Positions 1 through 12,986 of a stretch of 64,000 nucleotides of DNA are shown in pieces. The stretch spans positions 40,300,001-40,364,000 of the forward strand of contig CM060734.1 of NCBI GenBank assembly GCA_030704615.1, in the 5' to 3' direction. The notes below the pieces were generated by a model that was given only the letters and a program-made list of their open reading frames with translations, was not told where the DNA came from and ran no database searches. The position numbers and the translations under genes were made by a program. Numbering within the stretch: the stretch's first letter is position 1; each line of letters begins with the position of its first letter. The stretch is from Takakia lepidozioides. Taxonomy: Eukaryota; Plantae; Bryophyta.

Positions 1-18
1 GACACATGCTACCCTAGT

Positions 19-375
19 CAATATATGAAGCGAGACGTTTGTTTTGTTTTGTAGCGTCCTTGAGATCTCCCAAACCGGGGCAGCCCCTGTGCTTGGTGCC
101 ATTGGAAAGCCCTCCGTGAGGAGGCTTGGTCTCATAATTGTTGGACCTGCGATGTGGGCGATGTGGGAGATGTGGAATTCCAAGTACTTTTGGTCGCTGG
201 AAATTCGCAAAAAATAGCAAAGTAGGTTTTCATGGAGCAATGATTGGCCCTTAACATGGGAGATTTGGAATTTCAAGTACTTTCGATCGCTGGAAATTCG
301 TGAAAAATAGCAAAGTGGATATATCAATATATGAAACGGGAGATTATACTTGATACGGGAGATTGCAAAAATAGC
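19..375. repeat. Dispersed non-coding repeat (non-autonomous TE-like); inverted copy at ~58323-58653
   Basis: tcaatatatgaa...tttgttttgttttgtag...gagatctccca...cttggtgcc.ttggaaagccct...ggcttggtctcat at 19-135 is the reverse complement of ~58515-58653. The aagtacttt...ggaaattcg..aaaaatagcaaagt blocks match 58370-58500 in reverse. Confidence 0.7.
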
Positions 376-1454
376 AAAGTGGGCTTTGGGATTGCACTTG
401 GACTTAGGTGACATTGGACACTTGAGGTTGCACTTGGGCCTCTACGTAGGATGCAACAGTCCTGCTTTAATGTTAGGCCTCTAGAGTATGAAATTTCTAA
501 CAGATAGCCAGGTATCACATATAACCTGACAGCAGGGAGAATTTTCATAAATTATCAGTTACAAGAGGCACAGTAAACCAGGTCATGCCAATGAAAGATA
601 ACATTTAATCATTGAGTAGGTTGAAAATATGAAAGAATGTCGGTTTGTAAAATGTCGGTTATGCCTAGCTAAAATCACTTCCTTCTAGATTGCTAAACAC
701 TTCACGAGACAAGCACTAGTATCGGTGTTTGGCTACGCAAGATAGAAATGTAAAATGTCAATGGCAGCTTGAACCTCATGAATGGATGAATGGATGGATG
801 GATGGATGCTCAGCTTGAACCTCATAAATGGATGAATGGATGCTCTATTTCAGATGAGCATGAATGGATGGTCTATTTTGGGGACGTCTCTCTATGGAAT
901 CTAACTACTATATGAGTTAACACTATGAAGAGTAGGATAAACTAACAATTAACCACTTAACACTCTTGACATGGTTTCTAGTGTATTTTTTTGCAGAATA
1001 TCAAAACCGTAACATTTAGAGTGAAATAACACATAAGCAGGTAACAATAAGGCAAGGTCGACTGTATGAGTTATGTAGCTAGAGAATATATTCTCTCGAA
1101 TAAGAGACTGGATCAAGTCAAAGAGCATATTGGAAAAGGGAGTTCGATGGAATTTTGAATATTCAGCTCTTATGCTTCAGCGGCAAACATCATGATTCAT
1201 GCCATGTTCAGCTGAATTTGCACATCGATACATAGGAGATTGCACTTGGGCTTAGATTTCAATTCTTTATACATGGGCCAATGGCACACGCGCTACCGTA
1301 GATCCCAAACAGTGGGGTCTCTGGATACATAGGGGATTGCACTTGGATAAACATGACACTTGACACTTGGGCAAACGGCACAGGCTACCCTAGTATTGTA
1401 CAATCATCATAAACCCAATTTGTTTTTTTCCATGAATTGCAAGAGACAAAAAAA

Positions 1455-1628
1455 TACTTGAAATTCAATATCTCCCACATTGTAAGTCCAAAACTTATGA
1501 AACCACCGCGATGCACCCCTACTCATTGAGGGCTTTTCAATGGTATCATGATGGCAGAGGCCTTGCGATTTGGTAGATCACAATGACATTGCAAACAAAA
1601 CAAAACAAACTATTTTACTTAATAGATA
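1455..1628. repeat. Diverged member of the same dispersed repeat family
   Basis: tgcacccct.ctcat..agggcttt.caa.gg...agatc.caa.g.ca...caaacaaaacaaaacaaac resembles 58530-58630. Confidence 0.5.
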
Positions 1629-2812
1629 AATAGCACAATTATTACTTCACATATTAATAGATATATTTTTTTAAATATTTTTTTAATAACCGTTCAGGTT
1701 GGTTGACAGATGAACTTATTTTAATCTTATATTTTTTTATGTTTTTGTTGTTTAGTGGTCTCAGTTATGTTTGCTATATGTCCAAATATTTACTTCTATT
1801 TTTATTATTTATTTGCACATGAAGTAAGAATTAATAGATGTATGTAGGATGATTGTGGCCCAAACACTCGAGAATGTGATTATTGGAATAATTGGCCACG
1901 TGGACAAAAAAAACACTTGAAAAGTTTGTGGTGGGTGTCAGCCAGTGTTGATATCAGCCGCTTACAGATGTTTAACTTCAACTTTGTGTTCACATCCTCC
2001 GGTTCCACGGTTTTTGGAGTTTTCTTCTTTCTAATAGCATGTTGGTTGGCAGCAAATTTAAGCCTGTGCGATTATGGACAAATGGATTTTATGTGTGGAT
2101 GGCCTCTGAAGTTTGAGTATTTGGCTATCAAACAAGTTTATTGGCTCCTCTTTATTCTAAAGTGGAGACTACGTATCTGTAAAAAATTGCTAACCCCTTG
2201 TTGTGCCTTCCTCTTATTATTTCCATGATGTGCCTTCTTCAAGTAACACCTCCTTTTGGTACTATCTATGTTATTGAACAACTGATGAAAAATAAAACTT
2301 TTCAAATTTATTATAGATGAAACAGATTTCACTAGCTATTCACAAGGAGGAGCCACTAGCCGTTTGTTGCTCCTCTCTAAAGAAGAGACCACACATCACT
2401 GACAATAAATGGTAAGTCCATGTTATAACTTCCCCGCATAAACCCTACAATGAACATGCACCTCCTTTGGTTATAAAATCTTTATCAAATTTCCTTAATT
2501 ATTTATATTATATATATTTTCATCGCAACCACAATTTTAACCGTAAGTTCAATGGTTTATATCTTGTCTTTCTCTCTTTCAGCCAAAGATGCTAAAGGTA
2601 ACGGACACAAAAGAGAAAGAAAAGATAAAATTGAACTCAAGCTTTAAAATGAATATTATTGCAATCTAAGTATATTGAAAAAATTGTATATACAGCATAT
2701 TATCAAAATTAATAACTAATAATATGATATAAATAATTAATGGAATCTGATGAAGGCTTTACCAACATTCAGTGCAGGTTTAATGTAGTTTGGGCTGGAG
2801 TTTGGACAGAAA

Positions 2813-3064
2813 GGGCCACTTTACGAAGACCAAGAAATCGTGGGACCAAGAACTCCCACTCTTGGGCTCTTGGTCCGGAGGTTCATTTTCCTTGGTCTGG
2901 ACCAAGAAGCTCGCGCCAAAAGTAGGTGCCATGTAAGCTGCTTTGGTATTTTGGGCTTGGTCCCTAGTGTAAAGCCCTTGGGACCAATTTTCGGCCCTCG
3001 ACCAATAATGCTCCATTTCCGCTTGGTCTTGGTCTTGGTCTTGGTCCTTGGTGTAAAGTGGCAC
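2813..3064. mobile_element. MITE, PIF/Harbinger (Tourist)-like
   Basis: Terminal inverted repeats gggccactttac (2813) and gtaaagtggcac (ends 3064). Internal ggaccaag/cttggtcc repeats occur in both orientations. The right flank is tta; the TSD is imperfect. Confidence 0.6.
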
Positions 3065-3084
3065 TTAAGGAAGTTCTAACACTT

Positions 3085-3262
3085 GAGCAGGTAGCCCAGT
3101 GGTTGGGTATTTGTCCTTGCCTGTGCATAACCTAGGTGATCAAGGGTTCAATCCTTCAATATGTGCCTTCAGACTGTCCATTGGGCGCTCGATGGCCTGT
3201 GTGTTGAGGTAGGCTCTGTAAATTCACTGGACGTTAAAGAATCTTTATCTTTTTTTTATCTT
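3085..3262 (+). mobile_element. tRNA-derived SINE
   Basis: Pol III A-box-like tagcccagtgg and B-box ggttcaatcc, with a (tcttta)-type tail. The body recurs at ~58087-58225. Confidence 0.65.
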
Positions 3263-5135
3263 TAACAGCGACTTACATCTGCGTAGTCTCCTCTTACGGA
3301 GAAGCTACTACCAATCATTTTCAATTTCTACTAGTATTTTAGGTACTTATTGAGGTAGCATATAATTTTGTTATGGTACTGCTCCATATTTTTGCTTTGG
3401 GAGGCCTTGGGTGTAAATTGTTAGTAAGTTGGAGCGGAGAGGGGTTAGACGGCAGACCCTCCCTTATATACCCTCTGAGGGCGGCGGGGGCAGGTGTCTC
3501 TCGGCCTTCTAGAAGGTTGATTCGTGCCAGCTGTGCACTATGGGCGCCTGGATGTGGCTGGACACACATCTTCATCCCGTCGCCCTCCTGCTTCGCTCAA
3601 CTACACCCCTTCCAACTGATGTTGGGTACTTAGGACCTTACCACACCAGCTGCAGTGAGCTCCACTGACATGGAAGTCCGTGGCTAGGATTGTAGCATAG
3701 TGATGTTAGGGAGAGTAGGCCAATGTCAGCAAAAACAAACAACGCTACCACATGAGCGGCAGTCGGGCATAAAAACAGATAGTTGAGAAGCAAAAATGAA
3801 TGACTCCGATGAGATCCACGGCGGGAAGGAGCAGATCACGACAAAGAAGTTCCCTAACAATTCGGATTTCCAGGCAATAGTCCTTGGAAATCCTACTTCC
3901 GCGGAGAGGCTCCACATAAGCACCACATCACGTTGCCTTCTCGTTGCCTTCTCGTTATCGTTCCTCCGGTGTGGTAGGTGAGGGTGTCAGTTTACGATCC
4001 ATCAACCGCTCGTGTGGTAGCGCCCTTATTCTCCTCTTAGGGAGAAGCCAATAAACGACGAGACTCCAAACATAAGAGGAGCTGTAGAGAATAAAACAAG
4101 CGCCAACACCAAGCAACATGAAAAGAAAAAGCTAAGTCCCAAGCCCAACCACTCGTCACCAAACGGGGAGCCCCACTAAGTCACATCCCATAGATCAGCC
4201 CGCAATTTATTTTATGTTTTTCATTAACAGGGAGGGGCCCTCAAAAATTTTATTGATAAAGATGGGCAAAATGAAGCTTTTAAGGTCTTCCTCCCCTTTA
4301 AAAAAAATTAAAAAGGGGGAAAAAAAAAAACCCCCGGGGCGATAAGGCAAGAACACACAACACACCCACAAAAAATAAAAATAAAATACACACCCACAAA
4401 TGGCCGGGTGATGAACCGAGGAACACACGGAGAGAAAAACCATCCACATGGATGCATAACCTAACTTCCACAACCCAACCAAAATACAAACAGTAAAACA
4501 AACCAAAATAGTGTTGTTCCCGCCATCTCAAATGTGAGTGGGTAATAGGCCGGTACCCCGTGCTGGGGATTTGTGAATAATAAGGGGAGCGTCACATTAT
4601 GAATGCAGCTATTTCAAGTCACATGTAGAGTTGATCTTGGGATCAAACTCTAATTAACGCGGCCAAAGTACTCATTCCCCTGAATTAATTGCGTCTAAAC
4701 TGGTTTGATGCTTTTCCCATCCCTCCCACGGGAGGCAATCTCACTCTCGCCAGTATCACCATTACGTTATTCCTTCACGATCATCCGAGCCTCGCGTGTG
4801 ACCGCGCATCATTGGGACGATCATTTGCCACCCAGTCTTCGAACCCTAAAAGCTTGAACTGCAGGAGAGCCATAACCCGCGCACGCTTCCCGCCATATCA
4901 GAGGGCCACCCATTTTGAAACGCTGTCAGCACCGCCGTTTTCTGACCTGCCCTAAATGGCTGCTCTAAATTTGGGCTTCTGTGTCCCACTTTACGGCTCC
5001 CCCTTAACTTAACCACCATCGGACCCTCGCGCCGCAATCGCTCAACCCACACGGATGAGCCTCTCCACTACATATTTCATCCAAGCCGTATCCCAGTCTC
5101 CAATACCCAAGTAGATGAGCACAGAAGGAGCGCGA

Positions 5136-5215
5136 GGCCGGATATGGGGATTCGAACCCCAGGATGTCTGGCCACATGAGGCCGATGCTCTAACCAGGGT
5201 TAGCGTCATCTCGCC
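5136..5215 (-). pseudogene. tRNA-like sequence (CAT anticodon-like loop): tRNA pseudogene or SINE head
   Basis: The minus strand has tggttagagca (D-loop-like), tcggc-ctcatgt-ggccaga (imperfect anticodon arm) and a perfect T-arm tgggg-ttcgaat-cccca. The acceptor stem has mismatches. Confidence 0.5.
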
Positions 5216-6342
5216 GACTACCTACATGGCGATAGCTCTCGCCAGTCCTCGAAGACAACTCTCATCCATCCCTGCAACGAGGATTGCACTGTCATACACG
5301 TCCCGAACGATGGACGACATCCCGAAATATGACCGTACGTGTTTCATCCGTGGTGGCGACAGACTCGCAATTTGGCGAGGGAAGGGCGTGCATTTGGAGG
5401 CGGGAGAGGGAGGCGGAGAGGCGAGAGGTGATAGGCCAAGATACCTGACTCTTGGGCTGCAAATCTGGTGTGCTCGGGGAGATTGTGAAGGGAGGGAGCG
5501 GAGCAACGCCGAGCAATTCTGCGGAACATTGTAAGAGCGCAAGCTGATGAAATGTAGCTCTACTGTGTAATTTGTTTGTACTTATTGCTTCTGCTTATCT
5601 AAAACGGAAGAGAGGAAGGAATTGTGCGTTTTTCTTACATGGTAAAGTGCTTACTTCTGTGCGGGGAAGATAATCCTAGTGTGGGAGATGTTTGCGTGGT
5701 CGTGCGTATACGTGTTGTTCTGTTTAACTGTCTGCGAACTATTGCGGTGGACTTTCGGGAAACTTCGATCCCGGGAGAGCCATGGATTTTTCGGTTAGAC
5801 ACCAATTATACCCGCACATGCTCCTTTTAGGTTAGGGTTCATCACTTTTTGGGGCATTCGATAGCGCGCAATGCGCACTGTTTGTTGTCTCAAACCATCT
5901 CCCGACATCAGTCGTAGTTGCGGAAGATCGGCACATTCTCAGTGTTGGTAGATTTTTGAGCCTGCATGCATATTGTGTTTCATTTGGAGACAATTCTTCC
6001 TGCTGGAGTTTTGTCTATGCTACAGAGTGCAATTTAGCTCGGGTTTGCTCATCTGAGGGATATGACGGGGGTCTACGGGTCGTACTCAGAATGTAATGAA
6101 CGCTGATAGAATTTGGCTTCGCATTCCATTCAAGAAAGCCTCGAAGCTCTGGACAGTCGATCAAGTCAGCATTTGCAGTGTAGGTCTCTCGGTTTTCTCT
6201 CTTGGTTGGGTTTACGAACATCTTTCACTCTATACTTTTCTTCTCGGAGGAGGTTAGATGCTGATTCATTTTGTGGTTATTCCCAGACTGAGTTGGCTAG
6301 TAGGTGGTAATTATGCCATGTAACAAAGTGGTTGCATGACAG

Positions 6343-9300
6343 TGAGGCGGAGGAGGCTGGGGAATCTGCGGCGGATACGAGATTGCGTAGAATACATCTT
6401 CGGAATGCACCAGAGCAGAAACAGGAACAAATGAGAGGCAGTAGAAGGGCGAATGGGTCGAGTAAGGGTCTGGCCAATAATGATGGAGTCCAGGAAAAGG
6501 CCATACAAGAAACTACCGTCCCTGATGAGCTACGGTGCAACAGATCTGATGGAAAAGTCTGGCGGTGCAAAAAAAGTAAAGTGCCAGGTAGCAGTTTGTG
6601 TGAGCATCATAAAAATAGGGGAACAAACAAGGGTTCTAAAGCTAAGTCTGAGGAAAAACCTTTGAGAAAGAGAAAGAAAATAGAGCAGGATAACACCAGG
6701 CACAAGGAAAAGAAGGATGATACCAAGCACATGGAAAAGAAGGTAGTTGATAGGGAGGGGGGCTCCGGCAATGAAGTACTGTCTAGAAGGTCCCAAAGAG
6801 GGTCAACTGCACGGGCTGCAGAAACAGACATTGAGGAAGGCAAAAGTGTGGATGTGGAGGAGACAACACAACGCAGTGGCCGGAAAATGGTGAGTACCAA
6901 GAATCAACTGTTCTACTTAGTGAGTGAAACTCCTTACTGTAAACCCTGAATTTAATCGTGCACGTTGTATCCATTAAATGAACATGTTTGAGCCGGCTGT
7001 TTCTGTTCCTCTACTGTCTCTGTACATTTATTGGTGGAGTATGCCAAGCCCCTTTATAGTCTTTGGACTTGAGGTAATTGAGTCCTGGATTGTTAACGCC
7101 CTTCCTCCTTAATTGTACTAGGTGCAGACTGGAGATATTGAAATTTTGATACAAAGTGGTTTTATTTTATGCAAACTGTTGTTTAACTGTTTGCTACTAC
7201 CCTCTTTTTTAAATACCTACAGCTAGCAGTTTTTCTTGGTGCAAATTTAGGACAAATTGTAGATACTTTGTTCATGAAGTAGAACAAAGTATCCATCAAT
7301 TTAAGATGCATGTTCAGGTCGATGTCTGATGGAGCATGTCCCTGTGTTATGTTTTTACAGTTTTTCTGCTTATAGTCATTACACAGATAATCGTCGGGGT
7401 TTTTTTTTTTTCTACTGAATTCCATGTTGTCTTTCTCAGCCCGACTTTTTTGTGGAAACCTCAAAACCTTATTCCTTACATGGTGTGTGGTATTCTGTTA
7501 GTAGGTTTGGAATAGCTAGAGGTACCTCTAGCTAGAAGCTAGAGGCACCAGCTAGAGGTATTCTTAAGAGTGCAATGAAGCTTGTACATGGCTAAATTAG
7601 GCAACTCCATGCAAGAGTTGTACAACTCCTAAACTCCAAAAGTCTTCAGAGTGCCACCAAGGAAGCAATCACCTAGTGTGCATAGATTGAGATAGTTGGA
7701 GAAGTGTCCATGGGTTTGAAACCTGCTGATATTTCTCTTGGCGGTGCTGGTATGGTGAAGATTGTCTAGATGTAGGCTGCAACACACTGTCTGGGTTTGT
7801 GTTGAATAATCTTGTATGTGTCTAAGGTGATCGTTTCCTCAGTTCTTTTGGGGTGTGGCCTTTGGTGGAGTCTTGCAGGGCTTCCATCCAGAGAGCAGGA
7901 TGTGTCATCAGTGTCAAAGAAATGATAAGGGCAAAGTAGTGTTTTGCCTCAAGTGTAACCGCAAGCGCTACTGCGCACCATGCATAGCAGCCTGGTACGT
8001 AAATTAGTCTTTCCAGCTACCTTGTTGCACTCAACACATGCGTTTAGCTGTGGCAATTGATTTATTGTTGGTGAGCAAGGCTATGACCCTAATTCATGGT
8101 TGTGTAGGTACCCCCTTTTGTCAGAGGAGGAAGTTGCACGGGATTGCCCTTTCTGCCGTGGAAACTGCAACTGTAAGGCTTGCCTTCGCAGCTCTGGACC
8201 AGACAGGGTAAGTGACTTGCAACAGTGCAGAACTTTGCCAAGTAGGGCATTGTGCCCCATTACAGTTTTGTATCTTTGACATTGAAGCTATATTGAGGGA
8301 GATGTGGTGCCATTGGGTTTTGGAGCAGAAGATTGTGACAAAAAGTTGCGGGGAGAAGATCAAGCTTTTAAAATACATGCTAGTCAAGCTCCTTCCTTGC
8401 CTAAAGCAACTTAATCAGGAGCAGTGTGAGGAGCTGCAACTGGAGTCAAGATTAGAAGGTATTGTCCTGTATACACTTCATGTAGTTAATTCTTCTTTTC
8501 GCATCCCCACTCCCCCTTGTCTTGACAGGGGACCATCGTCAATATGGACACTTCTTTTGAAAGCAGTGGTCTAATGCTTGTGTAGGAAAAGCAGTTGTGG
8601 ATGTGGATCGGTCAATTGCACCTCCTGATGAGCGAGTTTACTGGTATGTGACATCAACTTGCTACGTCCTTATAAAAGTGTGGTTCTTCCTATTGTCCAA
8701 TTACAGTATCAAGTAGGTGATGCTAGTGGAGTGGATTTTCATTGGGTATGCACCGATAAGTGGGGCTCGAGACTACCTTATGCTGCAGGAATCTCAACTG
8801 AAGTTTAGGTAAGTGGGGACAGGCAGGGAGCAAAACAAGACACTCAGTTGGCCTTTGTTTGGAGGTCCATTTTGGTTGTCCATGAAGTAGCTTAAGGACA
8901 ATATTCGCTACGGCTAGTGAGGTTTTAATAGGTTTATGCATTTGTCTCTCCGTCCCAACAAGTGGGACTGAAACTACCCTAGGCTGAAGATCAAACTAAG
9001 CATCTGGATAGAAGTTGATGTAGCTTAGAAAAATGCATGCAACACAATTATAAATTTGCTTCAACAATTATATTTGTGGGCTTGTGTCCAGTGACAACTG
9101 CAGCACATCAATTGTGGACCAACATAGGAGCTGTCCAAATTGTCAGTATGATCTGTGCCTAGCTTGTTGCCGTGATCTACGCATGGGATGTCAACCAGGA
9201 GCAGACCAGGCAAAGCTACAAAATAGGGAGGTAAAAGAGCACACAACTCTGGTAGAGGACAGTTTGGATGCAGACATGCCTATACCACCACCTGCTTGGA

Positions 9301-12300
9301 CTGCAAATGCAGATGGTACCATTCCTTGTCGTCCAGTCTTGCAAGGTGGGTGTGGTCAGGCGTGCTCCCTACGTTTGAAGACATTGTTTGAGCCCAACTG
9401 GCTTGCGAAGCTGACCAAGGATTGTGAGGAGATGGTGGCCTTCTGTGACACCAAGGAGCAGCATGTTTCGATCCACTGTCCCACATGTGATGGGCTTGGA
9501 ACAGATACAAGGCATTTACGCCTAGCTGCCTGCAGAGAAGATGAAAGTGACAATTATCTGTATAGCCCAACCCTGCAGCAAGTTGAGGAAGAGGGTCTAG
9601 GTCACTTCCAGAAACATTGGATGCGAGGTGAGCCTGTGATTGTGCAAAATGTGCTAGAAGGTGCGACTGGGCTGAGCTGGGAACCTATGGTCATGTGGCG
9701 TGCTGTCCGAGAGACCACCAAATACAAATTTGAGGATGACACAAAGACTGTCAATGCTTTGGACTGCCTAGATTGGTGTCAGGTGAATAAACTATTACTG
9801 ACTAAGTGGTTGCATGTGAGATGAGTAGCTGTTTTTGGATTTTCAGCCCTCATTTTTCCCCCGTAGTTGTTGACGACAGTGCACATGCATGTTGCGATTT
9901 TAAACAAAGTACTTGGATGAGGTTTGTACGCTGAAATAAATATCCATCTTGGAAGGCAGGGTTTCACGCACATAGCAATTTAATTTTACTACCTGGATGA
10001 GGGGTACAGGTTGAAATAAATATCCATCAGTTTTTCACGGGATACGAGCAGGGGCGTGTTCATCTGGATGGGTGGCCTGAAATGTTGAAGCTGAAGGATT
10101 GGCCACCATCAACAGATTTTGAATCCCGGCTTCCACGACATGGAGCTGAGTTTCTTGCCGCTCTCCCCTTCCAGGAATACACCAATCCTAAAAGTGGCAT
10201 GCTCAACCTCGCCACTAAGCTTCCAGAAGAGACGATAAAGCCTGATTTGGGCCCAAAGACTTACATTGCGTATGGTTTGAGATCGGAGCTGGGCAAGGGT
10301 GATTCAGTGACCAAGTTACATTGTGACATGTCTGATGCGGTGAGGTGGCTGTGGAATCAACCATTGCATTGCTTGTTTGAAACACATGTGTTTCTTAGCT
10401 TCCTAGGTTTGTCCTATATGTATTTCAGTAGATTATCCTCGAGCATTCAGTTTGTATTTGTGATGGGATAAACATCAAGCAAGTGGACTTGATTTTCTGG
10501 AAGGTGGCAGGTGAATGTGCTGAGACAAACCTTGAATATCAGGTTCTCGAAGGCTTGACACGCATTTGCAGATTTAGTTGCTTAGCAGCCAATCGCTATC
10601 CTCAAGCATTTCAGAGGTTGTAGTGTCTGAGGTTTATTGGCAAATAGTCAGCTTATATTTGCAATGGGAGAAAGATCAAGGAATGGGCCTGATTTTCTCA
10701 TATGTGGCAGGTGAATGTGCTTACACATACCACAGAAATCAGGTTCCCTAAGGCTCGACAAAGGGCTATAGAGAAGCTTATCAACAAGTTCAAAGAAGCA
10801 GGGAAATTGTGTCAAAAATTGGGTGCAAATCAGCTCAAGGGTGACTTTCCTACTGAAGCAAGGTTAACTACAGATGATGGTGCTGGTGCAACATTGGGGG
10901 CAGAGATTTTGCCCGATGCAAATGCTGTGGTTGGAGATTCTCCCTTTGGACATGCGATAGAGCAACCCAAAGTTGAAATTGGAGGAGAGAAAGAAGAGGC
11001 ATTCACAGACATCAAGTCTGACGTAAAGTTTGGCATAAAGGAAGACATTGATGAGATGCCTGTAAAGGGAGACACAGATGAGATGCCTGAGCATCGTGGA
11101 GCAATCGTAAAGGGAGACACTGATGAAACGACTGAATATGGTGGAGCCTTATGGGACATTTTCCGGAGGCAAGATGTACCCAAGCTGCAAGAGTATTTGA
11201 GAAAGCACCAGCAGGAGTTCCTACATATTGAATTGAAGCCAATAGACATTGTAATCATATCTTACTATCTTTTGTGTGGAAGTGGTGTGTTGAGGGTTGT
11301 TTCATTTTGTATGATTGCCCTGCATGTGTGGAGGAGTGACTTGATTGGTTATTTGTCTTGCCTCCAGGTAATGCATCCGATTCATGATCAAACCTTCTTC
11401 CTTAATAAGGAGCACAAGGAGAAACTGAAGGAGGAATATGGTAGGTACTTGTTATTGCTTGTCCTTTGGTTTTTCTTGACAAAATTGTGGTAGACTCCCT
11501 AGTCACTTATCTGTCACTTATACTGGACTTTTGAGCTGATACTTGTCCTGTGTAAACTAACCCTTAAGCATATGTCAAGAGTCCGATGCATTTATGCACC
11601 TGTGGAATGACTAATAGATAGAAAAGCAAGCTAAGTGGAACTTCCCTTCTGCAACTGACTTCGATGCTTTTCTAGGCTATAATGTATGATAAAGGTGCTA
11701 TCTTTTTGGATAGCTTGGATAACTCAAATAGGTATGCCAAATAATAAGGAATCAAGGATATATTCTTTAATGGAGGTTCTGTTTTTTACCCAGGAGTTTG
11801 GAAATACTTAATTTACTTGAGAGTAAGTTGAATAGGTGTGTAGTGATGCATCCACAAACAGATTGGCAGAAAATAGTCAAAATAAAAGAGTCGATTGAGC
11901 TATTGAAATATTCTCTGGAGGCCATCCCAGGGTTTTTACAGTGCGCCCACCAGCTGAAAGTAATAGAATAACTGTTTTCATTTAGTCAGAACATCTTTTA
12001 GTGGTTTATGAAAGCACCTGCTTCTGCAATATTCCTTAGAACTGATTAAGATCTGCTTCAAGCACCAAAAATTATTTAGTCTCTGTGAAGTCTTTATTCC
12101 TTCCCTTGCCATATCTCCTATGGTGATATCCATCCTTGTATGCAGGAATTGAAGCATGGACATTTGAGCAAAATTATGGCGAAGCAGTGTTCATACCAGC
12201 TGGTTGTCCACATCAAGTGCGCAATCTGAAGGTTGGTTCTTGGTACTAGTCAAGTTCTTGGTACTAGCTTGTTCTTTTATGTAGCTTGTTATATTGTCTA

Positions 12301-12986
12301 CACCAGTTACCGAAAGCACAACTACTGGAATCTCAATGCTGATGGGTGACATAGTATTGCAACATGACTTCTTTCCTCTTGAACGGTTCAAGAGTGTGAT
12401 TGATGGGTGATCGGTACTACATTAAGATTGGCTCTCATTTCAGATTCTCTTGAGAAATTGTGCTAAGAGCGTGTTCAATCAATAGATTGAGTTCTAGCTC
12501 ATTGTGGATAGTGTCATGGGTGATGCAGTCATGTATTAAGGTGGCTCTCGACTTCGTTTCACCTGAAAATGTACAAGAGTGTGTTCGATTAACAGATGAG
12601 TTCCGTTTGTTGCCTGAGGATCACCGAGCGAAAGAAGATAAGCTGGAGGTAAAGGTTTTTCATTTTTCTCTTTAGGACTAGGAAGATGGGTGTGGCAGTT
12701 CTAAAGCTGGCTCTTCACTTAATTTTTCCCGAAAATGTACTGGAGTAGGTTTAGTTATAATGAGTTTCCATCTGCCTTAAGGATAACCAAGGAAAGAACA
12801 TAAGGTCGAGGTAAGCAAATCCAGCAGGAGTCGGGGGTTCAGACAAGGTTGGAATGGCCTAAGATTAATTGGATGCCCTCATCATGTGAGGTGGCTTGCT
12901 TCAATGTGCAGGTGAAGAAGATGATTTTATATGCAGCAAGCCAAGCAATGACAGAACTTCAAAAATTGTGTGGCAAGCCCAAGTGA
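6343..12986 (+). CDS. JmjC-domain histone demethylase, KDM3/JHDM2 (JMJ25/IBM1-like) family, ~12 exons; start codon or first exon uncertain
   Basis: WRC motif [12 protein letters not shown]...CEHH. RING-like CHQCQRND...[20 protein letters not shown] and [25 protein letters not shown]. JmjC motifs [87 protein letters not shown] and [18 protein letters not shown] exons at approx 6343-6889, 7879-7994, 8109-8207, 8328-8458, 8586-8643, 9092-9782, 10010-10339, 10711-11250, 11369-11441, 12146-12231, 12529-12648 and 12912-12986 (TGA). Confidence 0.93.

Noticed and set aside
766-870. (GATG)n run with a duplicated cagcttgaacctcat
   Set aside because: Ordinary microsatellite and local duplication.
3339-4560. 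Short ORFs and a possible retroelement remnant
   Set aside because: No domain motifs, termini or TSD could be identified.
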